Translations under genes and position numbers: made by a program
In this document: positions 57,241 through 64,000 of the stretch, piece by piece
Layout: each line of letters starts with the position of its first letter
Position numbering within the stretch: the stretch's first letter is position 1
NCBI GenBank assembly: GCA_041663185.1
Contig: JBAZQY010000001.1
Span: 19,448-83,447, forward strand
Reading direction: 5' to 3'
Length of the DNA stretch: 64,000 nucleotides
DNA from: Minisyncoccota bacterium
GTDB taxonomy: Bacteria; Patescibacteriota; Minisyncoccia; Phycocordibacterales; UBA9973
Notes under the pieces: model-generated
The model's input: only the letters and a program-made list of their open reading frames with translations
Told to the model about the DNA's origin: nothing
Database searches by the model: none

Positions 57241-57948
57241 TTAGAGAGTACCTGCGACTCTTTTTTTATGACTAATAGGATTTTCTATTAATAATCCATC
57301 ACGAATAAATAAAATTCTATCAGCATGCTCTGCTATATCTTGTTCATGAGTAATAAGAATTATCGTTCTCCCAAGATCTTTATTTAATTTCTGAAATGTA
57401 GCCAAAACAATATCTCCAGTTTTAGTATCAAGATTACCAGTAGGTTCATCCGCAAGAATTATGGATGGATTATTTACAAGAGCCCGTGCAATAGCCACAC
57501 GTTGAATTTGTCCACCAGATAATTGATTTGATAAATGATGGAAATGTTCTGTCCCAAGTCCAGCTTTCACAAGAGCCTCTTTTGCTCTTTCTTCTCTTTC
57601 TTTTTGAGGTACACCATCATAGACAAGTGGTAAGGTTACATTTCTTAAAACTGTCGCTCGAGGAAGAAGATTAAATGATTGAAAAACAAAACCTATTTTA
57701 TCTTTTCTTATATCTGCTAGTTCATCATCAGATAATTTTGAAACATCTTTTCCATCAAGAAAATATGTCCCACTTGTCGGAGTATCTAAAGCCCCAAGTA
57801 TATGCATTAGGGTAGATTTACCAGAGCCAGATGGGCCCATTATTGCCACGAATTCACCGCTTTTTATAGAAAAACTTATTCCTCTTAGAGCTTGAAATGG
57901 CTCACTCCCCCCATCATAAGTTTTTGTGATATTTTTAATTTCAATCAT
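57241..57948 (-). CDS. ABC transporter ATP-binding protein (MacB/LolD type)
   Basis: Walker [11 protein letters not shown], signature [15 protein letters not shown], Walker [12 protein letters not shown]. Confidence 0.9.
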   Translation of the reverse strand: MIEIKNITKTYDGGSEPFQALRGISFSIKSGEFVAIMGPSGSGKSTLMHILGALDTPTSGTYFLDGKDVSKLSDDELADIRKDKIGFVFQSFNLLPRATVLRNVTLPLVYDGVPQKEREERAKEALVKAGLGTEHFHHLSNQLSGGQIQRVAIARALVNNPSIILADEPTGNLDTKTGDIVLATFQKLNKDLGRTIILITHEQDIAEHADRILFIRDGLLIENPISHKKRVAGTL

Positions 57949-57953
57949 ATTAA

Positions 57954-59546
57954 TTATCGCATTATTCCACCCATGACAGCACCACCCATAGGACTACCTC
58001 CACCCATCATTATATTTTTGTCATTAGTAGAAGATTTTGTAGATGTAGAAGAATTGCCACTTGTAGTAGTTTTTATAATCACCTTGTCTCCTTCATCCAA
58101 ACCAGAAATAATTTCTGTCAGGGTGTCATCTGAAATTCCAATTTCTATTTCTTTTCTAATAGGCAAATCAGAAGATGGATTAAATATTTCGACATAAGAA
58201 ACTCCATTTTTGGCTTTGATAGCGCTACTTGGAACTACTAAGATATTTTCTTTTGATTCTGTTGTAATCTCTATATTAGTGCTCATACCTGTTTTAATAC
58301 GTTCATCATCAGAATCAAAACTAATTTTTACATTATAAGTAACAACACCAGAAGAAACAGTTCCCACGGAATCAATTTCCGAAACAACTCCCTCCACAGA
58401 CAAATCTTCGATCGCATCAAAGGTGAGAATTGTTTTCTGGCCTAATTCTACTTTCGCTATATCTACTTCGTTTAAAGAAATAGTCACAACTTTTTGTTCA
58501 GTAATCAATGTTCCAATACTAGATCCAGAAGATTCTCCAACTTTTGCTGTTAAAGTCGCAATAATTCCATCAAATGGCGCATGTACAAAACAATCATTGT
58601 ATGCATTTTGTTTGCTTTGGACGGAAAGTTCCGCTGACCTTATATCAAGTTTATCTTCGCCCTCTAAAATATCATTTAGGGATTCTGTATTTTCATTAAT
58701 AGAATTAATTGAGGAAAGTAAATCTGTCACATAATTATTGGAACTATCAAGCCAAGAATTTAGATCTGTCTCTGTTGAGATAGCCTCTGCATCATCTTGA
58801 TAATCTAAATAATTCACCATATAATCAAAAGTCGCTTTCATTTCCTTAATATTATTGGCCAAAAGTTTCGCTGATTCATGAGATTTATTTAATAAATTCA
58901 TTATTTCTTCTTCAGAACTTGCTCGTGACAAACTTTTATAAAGTTTTGTTATTTCTTTTATATTTTTTTCTAATTCATAATAATTTTCTTCCAATAAATC
59001 AACCTTGTCTTTACCAACAGAAGATAGTTTAGAAACATTTTCATAATTGAAAAATCCAATATTATAAACATCCTTAATATCCCCGATCATAGAATTTATC
59101 TCAGTAATAAAAGATGAGGCTGTATTCCATCCATCATTATAAGATTCAGAAACTGAATTTTCTTTTTGAAGTAAAGTTAGAGAATCTGGGTCATCTATTA
59201 ATTTAGTTAGGGAAATTTTAGCATTCTCAAGTGCTATTTTTGCATCACGAGAATCAACACTTGCAATAAGTTTTCCCTTTTTAACAAAATCTCCCACCTT
59301 CACCCCAACATAAGTCACATCCCCTGTTGTTCCAGATTTTAGCGTTAAAGTATTTGTAGCTTCAATCTGACCAGTACCAGTGACATAAGTTATAATATTG
59401 CTCCTTTCTACTGAAGCAGTAGTATAACTGGCCTCACTGTTTTTATTACTTTTTATCAAAAAGTAGCCGCAAATTATCACAATCAGCAAAGCAACCAAAC
59501 TTACAATCTTGTGTGACAAGATAAATAATTTTATTTTTTGTAACAT
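57954..59546 (-). CDS. HlyD/MacA-family periplasmic adaptor subunit with extended coiled-coil
   Basis: N-terminal TM anchor, barrel-sandwich/coiled-coil hairpin, beta-barrel/MP domains by pattern. 530 aa. Confidence 0.6.
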   Translation of the reverse strand: MLQKIKLFILSHKIVSLVALLIVIICGYFLIKSNKNSEASYTTASVERSNIITYVTGTGQIEATNTLTLKSGTTGDVTYVGVKVGDFVKKGKLIASVDSRDAKIALENAKISLTKLIDDPDSLTLLQKENSVSESYNDGWNTASSFITEINSMIGDIKDVYNIGFFNYENVSKLSSVGKDKVDLLEENYYELEKNIKEITKLYKSLSRASSEEEIMNLLNKSHESAKLLANNIKEMKATFDYMVNYLDYQDDAEAISTETDLNSWLDSSNNYVTDLLSSINSINENTESLNDILEGEDKLDIRSAELSVQSKQNAYNDCFVHAPFDGIIATLTAKVGESSGSSIGTLITEQKVVTISLNEVDIAKVELGQKTILTFDAIEDLSVEGVVSEIDSVGTVSSGVVTYNVKISFDSDDERIKTGMSTNIEITTESKENILVVPSSAIKAKNGVSYVEIFNPSSDLPIRKEIEIGISDDTLTEIISGLDEGDKVIIKTTTSGNSSTSTKSSTNDKNIMMGGGSPMGGAVMGGIMR

Positions 59547-59565
59547 ATTTATTTTTTATTTAAGA

Positions 59566-60075
59566 TTAATTAAATCTAACCGACACCTCAAAAGGAATAG
59601 GTAGAAGCCTGATGAGTTTAGCTTCAATCTGACCAGAAGAATTTGGCGTTCCTATCACAACAATATGATCATCTATTTTTAAATCTTCTTTTGCTACGCT
59701 ATCTCTCATTTTACGTATTTCAGTTTTGTCATCTACCAACACAACTTTTTCTGTGTTGTCTTTATCATCCAATACAACAATTAGAGGTAATTCCACTTTT
59801 ATAATTTTTCCTATTGCTCCGTGAGCATTTGGTAAATTACCAAAATCGCCAAACTCTCCTCCCATCATTTGAGGTCCTCTATGAGGAGAGCCAAAATTCT
59901 TAGCATAGTTGTCTCCCCAATTGCGACCAAATGAAGCTTTTCTAAATCCAGCTATCATTCCTGCTTGAAAAACAAGAACCAAAATAAATAGAACTCCAAG
60001 TGTGTACATAACTGTACTAAAAACTTTTGATTCCACTATATTTTTTAAACTAACTTTTGGTTTATTATTATCCAT
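59566..60075 (-). CDS. Membrane-anchored hypothetical protein
   Basis: Single TM (VFSTVMYTLGVLFILVLVF). Confidence 0.4.
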   Translation of the reverse strand: MDNNKPKVSLKNIVESKVFSTVMYTLGVLFILVLVFQAGMIAGFRKASFGRNWGDNYAKNFGSPHRGPQMMGGEFGDFGNLPNAHGAIGKIIKVELPLIVVLDDKDNTEKVVLVDDKTEIRKMRDSVAKEDLKIDDHIVVIGTPNSSGQIEAKLIRLLPIPFEVSVRFN

Positions 60076-60084
60076 GTAATTTAA

Positions 60085-60519
60085 TTATGCTATTAATAGC
60101 TTGTGTTTAAATTGATAAGAAACACGGCGTATGGAAATAAACAAAACAAATAACAAGAGGAATGAGAGGACCAAGCTTGCTATTGGTAATGAATCCACAA
60201 GAGAAAGAGTGTATTCTTTCCAGTATGTAGCAATAACACCACTATCAGAAAATGCTAATGATAAGTAATCATAAAAACCAAGTCTTAGCGACTCAACTAT
60301 GAGACTTCTGATAGATAAGACACTTCCAGATAGTGATAATATGCCTACACATAAATAACCGAATTTCTTCCATCTAGTTATTTGTGTATTTTTATATTCA
60401 ATTACACTTAAAATATCATGAGAGAGTCGACGCTCTGGTTGATATTTTGCATCTTTGAATAATTTTTGTAGATTTTGTTCCACGTTTATATATACGATTA
60501 ACTTATAATTTTGGTGCAA
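60085..60519 (-). CDS. Putative membrane anti-sigma factor
   Basis: Two TM helices. Lies immediately downstream of the ECF sigma gene and overlaps it by 22 bp. Confidence 0.35.
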   Translation of the reverse strand: MHQNYKLIVYINVEQNLQKLFKDAKYQPERRLSHDILSVIEYKNTQITRWKKFGYLCVGILSLSGSVLSIRSLIVESLRLGFYDYLSLAFSDSGVIATYWKEYTLSLVDSLPIASLVLSFLLLFVLFISIRRVSYQFKHKLLIA

Positions 60520-61073
60520 ACTTCTTCATTTAAAATCTCTTTTAATTTTAAAATAGCTCTATAGTGATAACTTTTAACAGTATTGAGTGGCTTGCCGAGA
60601 AGTTGCCCTATCTCATTAAAAGTCATATCTTCTTGGTAATAAAGGATAAGAACTTCTTTATAATTGGTTGGTAATTTATCAAGAATCTTATTCAACAACT
60701 CTTTGTCTTCAAGTTCGATAAGAGCTTGATCTGGTAAAATCAAATCGCTCGGAATCTCATTTTCAAAAGATTCTACACCCTCATTCAAAGAAGAAAAGGG
60801 TATCATCTTTTTCTTTCTTAAATAATCAGTGATGGTGTTACGGGTAATGGTAAAAATCCAAGTTTTAAAACTAGACTTAGTTTTATTAAACTTTTTTAAA
60901 TTCTTCCAAACCTTTATGAAAACATCTTGAACTATATCATTTACATTATCTTTCCCCACAAATCGTAGAGAAAAGTTATAAATAGATGGAGTATATCTCT
61001 CAACAAGCAACTTGAAAGAATCTTGATCTCCACCAAGATATTCATTGATTAGATATTCATCATCACTTTCCAT
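60498..61073 (-). CDS. RNA polymerase sigma factor, ECF subfamily (sigma-70 regions 2 and 4)
   Basis: Region 2 DIVQDVFIKVWKN...FKTWIFTITRNTITDYLRKKK; region 4 LPTNYKEVLILYYQEDMTFNEIGQLLGKPLNTVKS. Confidence 0.85.
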   Translation of the reverse strand: MESDDEYLINEYLGGDQDSFKLLVERYTPSIYNFSLRFVGKDNVNDIVQDVFIKVWKNLKKFNKTKSSFKTWIFTITRNTITDYLRKKKMIPFSSLNEGVESFENEIPSDLILPDQALIELEDKELLNKILDKLPTNYKEVLILYYQEDMTFNEIGQLLGKPLNTVKSYHYRAILKLKEILNEEVCTKIIS

Positions 61074-61112
61074 CTTTATAACTATACTACTAATTAGATT
61101 CCAGAGAAAGAA

Positions 61113-61727
61113 TTAATTATTTTTATTATAATCTGGATGATTTTCCGGAATTGAGAAAAAATAATTAGTGTATCGAGATAAGGTAAAAAGGACACTGGAT
61201 AACCTATTCAGATAGGCTAGAGTATGAGGACTTACAATCCTACTCCCCTCGTCAGCAACTGATATAACTCTACGCTCTGACTTTCGGGCCAAGGTTCTCG
61301 CAAAATCGAGCCCTGCACTAATCAGACTCCCCCCTGAAATAGTGAAAGAGGTAATAGGAGGGAGAACTTCAGCAATTTGATTAATTATCTTTTCAATTTT
61401 TATTAATTCTTTTTTATCAATAGACATTTTAGATCCGCCAAGTTCCGCCTGAATGACAAAAAGATTTTGTTGAATTTCTTCTAAAATTTTAGAATATGGG
61501 GTTTTCTTTTTACTAATTGTTAGTGAAATTTTATCAATATCAGAATAAACTTTTATTATCCCCAAATACGCATTTAATTCATCGACAGAACCCAAGGCTT
61601 CAATCAACATCGCACTTTTTGAAATTCTCACTTGCTTACAATCAAAAAGAGTGGTCGTTCCTTTGTCTCCAAAACCAGTATACAAAATATTTTTATCCTT
61701 TTTTAAATGTTTTGGAATCCTCTTCAT
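61113..61727 (-). CDS. PduO-type ATP:cob(I)alamin adenosyltransferase family protein
   Basis: N-terminal YTGFGDKGTTTL...GSVDELNAYLG signature. Confidence 0.7.
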   Translation of the reverse strand: MKRIPKHLKKDKNILYTGFGDKGTTTLFDCKQVRISKSAMLIEALGSVDELNAYLGIIKVYSDIDKISLTISKKKTPYSKILEEIQQNLFVIQAELGGSKMSIDKKELIKIEKIINQIAEVLPPITSFTISGGSLISAGLDFARTLARKSERRVISVADEGSRIVSPHTLAYLNRLSSVLFTLSRYTNYFFSIPENHPDYNKNN

Positions 61728-61855
61728 GTTTTGAAGTATATCATGATTTAATTTGAAACAAAAAATCCACAGATTGACTCACAATATAAAAAATGTATAA
61801 TGGTTAAAAATTCGTTATAAGTAACCATAGTATTCATAAACTAAAAAACAATCTT

Positions 61856-62074
61856 ATGTGTCATGTATTGGTAGTTTTAGAAGGAAGGTCAAAAGACCCT
61901 GAGAACAAAGAAAAACAAAAATCTTTGACAACAACAATAAAAAAGAGGCACAAAAGTCCAATAATCATTTTTATAAATTTAGGAGACAAAAATGCCCAGA
62001 AAACACTGGAGAGCTATCAAAAAAAACACCCCAGCGCCATAAAGTGGCCACAATCCAAAACGATAACCGCATAA
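61856..62074 (+). CDS. Doubtful small basic ORF
   Basis: 72-aa ORF of low complexity, followed by a terminator. May be non-coding. Confidence 0.2.
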   Translation: MCHVLVVLEGRSKDPENKEKQKSLTTTIKKRHKSPIIIFINLGDKNAQKTLESYQKKHPSAIKWPQSKTITA

Positions 62075-62090
62075 ACAAAAGATAACAGAA

Positions 62091-62125
62091 AAAAACCGAG
62101 ACAGACTTGTCTCGGTTTTTTATTT
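62091..62125. terminator. Bidirectional intrinsic terminator
   Basis: aaaaaccgagaca-gact-tgtctcggttttt. A-tract upstream and T-tract downstream. Confidence 0.75.
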
Positions 62126-62136
62126 TTCCAAAAATT

Positions 62137-62532
62137 TTATTCCGTAGTCACTCCATCGAAATCGGCTTCGTTCTCTTCTGCTTCTTTCTTTGTGGCTCGA
62201 ACAATTCCATCTTTGTGATGAGCGGGAGAATAAAGAGTGTAGAGTTTAAGTCCACCTTCTCCAGCGATAACATTATGATTTGCCCCAGATGGGACAATGA
62301 CGGCATCTCCATCGGCAACATCATACTCGGTCGCATTTATTATTACTTTCCCTATACCCTTTTCAAATCGGAAAAACTGATCATTATCGGGGTGAACTTC
62401 CATACCAATTTCTTCATTTGGTAACAAGCTCATAAGAACAAGCTGGCAATGCTCGCCTGAGTATAAAACTTTACGAAAATTATTATTTTCAGTTGTTAAT
62501 ATTTCAATATTATCTTTATATCCTTTTTTCAT
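62137..62532 (-). CDS. Cupin domain protein
   Basis: Cupin motifs G(x)5HxH-like MEVHPDNDQ... and PSGANHNV. Confidence 0.65.
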   Translation of the reverse strand: MKKGYKDNIEILTTENNNFRKVLYSGEHCQLVLMSLLPNEEIGMEVHPDNDQFFRFEKGIGKVIINATEYDVADGDAVIVPSGANHNVIAGEGGLKLYTLYSPAHHKDGIVRATKKEAEENEADFDGVTTE

Positions 62533-62598
62533 TTTAGTTTAAATTAGTTAATTTTTAATATTTTAATTATAGCATTTTTAAATAAAATAAGAGCTTTT

Positions 62599-63201
62599 TT
62601 ATTTTAACTTTTTTATTATCTTTTTGTGACCAAAAGATATAATTACTAAAGCCAAAACTAGCACTAAAATTAATGAAATTCTCCCGACTGTTGTATTGAC
62701 TGTCTCCCATCTATCTGCAAAAAAATATCCTAAAAGTGAATACATACACACTTGGGCAACACTACCAATAGATTCATAAATAAAATATTTCTTGTATGGC
62801 GTTTTACTTATACCCGAAAGTAGATTAACAGATAACGTGGACAAAACTTCAAAACGACTGGCAAAGATAATAAAGCCGGGATGTTTATTAAACTTATCTT
62901 CAATCATCTTGAGAGTTTTTGATTCCAATATCTTACGAAAACCAACACGAGAAAGGACTTCTTTTCCATAACTTCGAGCAATCCAATACCCCATATTGTC
63001 TCCCAAAATATTTGCGATAATAGAAAGTATTATCACCCAATAAATATTAAAGTAGCCAATACTCGCAAAAGCTGAGGTCGCCATCAAAATACTTCCGGAC
63101 GGAATTGGAATAATGAGAGCTGCCCCAAAAGCAATAATAAAAATAGTTGTATATTTGTAAAGTAGAAGATACGGGATTATGGTTTGTAGAAAGAAATCCA
63201 T
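62599..63201 (-). CDS. DedA family membrane protein (VTT domain)
   Basis: DedA-like TM arrangement with GYW...GDN-type segments. Confidence 0.7.
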   Translation of the reverse strand: MDFFLQTIIPYLLLYKYTTIFIIAFGAALIIPIPSGSILMATSAFASIGYFNIYWVIILSIIANILGDNMGYWIARSYGKEVLSRVGFRKILESKTLKMIEDKFNKHPGFIIFASRFEVLSTLSVNLLSGISKTPYKKYFIYESIGSVAQVCMYSLLGYFFADRWETVNTTVGRISLILVLVLALVIISFGHKKIIKKLK

Positions 63202-63317
63202 ATCCTAAATATAACACAAATTAAACCAAAGGTTTATTTAAAACTTGTAAAAATCTCCCAAAAGGGTAGTATAAGGAAAAATCAATATTTAAATCTTTAT
63301 AAAGAAAGGAGCTGAAA

Positions 63318-63917
63318 ATGAAGAAAATCCTAAGTAAATTAGGAATACTTTTTGGCTCCTTAAAAGAAGCTGAAAGTATTAAAATAAAAGTTTCTCGATT
63401 TTTTTTGGGATTTTTATTTTTTCAAATCATAAATAAATTAGGTATATTATTGATAAATCCTTTGATTATTTTCCTGTTTGAAACTAAAACAGCAATAATT
63501 GTAATGATTGTAGTTAGTTTTATCATCAGATATATTCTAATTAAAATTTACGATAATCAGAAAATAGATTGGTTTGGCTTAGAAAAATTCAAACAATGGT
63601 ACAAACAATGGGATGGAACATCTTTGATAGATGAGAATAGAACTAGAATGATAAGCATCATGATTTTCATTCTTAAAAAAGGTGGAAAATATTTTGGTAA
63701 ACCGCTTTTGATTCTAGTTTTTATCCCTTATGATCCATTCTTAACCGTAATCATACAAAGAAAAGGTTTTAATGCTTGGAATAACATTCCTAGCCTTACC
63801 ACTTTTTTACTTTTCATTTTAAGTGTTACCACTTGTTCTTTCATATATCTAGGAATATTTGATATCCTTGTCTGGTTATGGGAAATAATAAAAAATATTT
63901 TTTATTATTTATTCTAA
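63318..63917 (+). CDS. Hypothetical polytopic membrane protein
   Basis: Multiple hydrophobic helices; followed by a strong terminator. Confidence 0.45.
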   Translation: MKKILSKLGILFGSLKEAESIKIKVSRFFLGFLFFQIINKLGILLINPLIIFLFETKTAIIVMIVVSFIIRYILIKIYDNQKIDWFGLEKFKQWYKQWDGTSLIDENRTRMISIMIFILKKGGKYFGKPLLILVFIPYDPFLTVIIQRKGFNAWNNIPSLTTFLLFILSVTTCSFIYLGIFDILVWLWEIIKNIFYYLF

Positions 63918-63921
63918 ATTA

Positions 63922-63964
63922 AATCAGCTGGTAGTATTATTCACTACCAGCTGATTTTTTATTA
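63922..63964 (+). terminator. Intrinsic terminator
   Basis: 13-bp stem aatcagctggtag/ctaccagctgatt, then ttttttatt. Confidence 0.8.
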
Positions 63965-64000
63965 CTTTATTTAATATTTCAACTATCTATTATTCATTCC

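Noticed and set aside
61856-62074. 72-aa basic ORF as a real gene
   Set aside because: It has no RBS context or motifs and a lysine-rich low-complexity sequence. It is listed only at very low confidence.

Overview
This window is an AT-rich, gene-dense bacterial chromosome segment. Its gene content looks like a reduced-genome, Patescibacteria/CPR-like or similar small-genome bacterium, but that is inference from gene content, not a database result. The gene calls rest on motif-level readings of the supplied translations. The hairpin, repeat and tRNA coordinates were mapped by hand from the printed sequence and could be off by 1-2 nt.

Housekeeping genes recognisable from motifs:
- DNA/RNA and stress: topA (5'-truncated at the window edge), a short Rel/SpoT, parB, clpB, a cysteine desulfurase, recO, RNase J, TatD.
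- Translation: infB, rbfA, the rpsF-ssb-rpsR operon, metG, glyQS, ileS, argS.
- Transport and envelope: a CDF transporter, secG, a family-5 solute-binding protein, an MFS transporter, an AI-2E transporter, an M16 peptidase, a DedA protein.
- Other: a pseudouridine synthase, Maf, a TadA-like deaminase, a PduO-type adenosyltransferase, four NUDIX hydrolases.
- RNA genes: tRNA-Tyr(GTA), tRNA-Cys(GCA), tRNA-Leu(TAG).

Non-routine content:
- A roughly 6 kb integrated element sits at the 3' end of tRNA-Tyr. It is bounded by a 15-bp direct repeat and carries a large serine recombinase, two tandem paralogous soluble T4CP/FtsK-like P-loop ATPases and a single-TM protein. No relaxase, replication or capsid genes are present.
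- Degenerate att-like tRNA 3'-end duplications occur at tRNA-Leu and just beyond the tRNA-Tyr element, and they share internal sequence.
- The isoleucyl-tRNA synthetase carries a roughly 200-aa in-frame histidine-phosphatase (PGM-family) insertion.
- Long perfect AT-rich hairpins with GC-rich cores sit at each cistron boundary around infB and rbfA. Two of them share a conserved roughly 60-nt core.
- A tight deoxynucleotide/thymidylate metabolism cluster is present: dut, tmk-like, DNPH1-like, two NUDIX, glyA, thyA, folA, a dNMP-kinase-like gene and dCMP deaminase.
- An ECF sigma / anti-sigma / HlyD-adaptor / ABC / CPBP-protease module is present.
- Two adjacent paralogous cysteine-rich proteins have permuted domain order.

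No CRISPR arrays or rRNA genes were seen.
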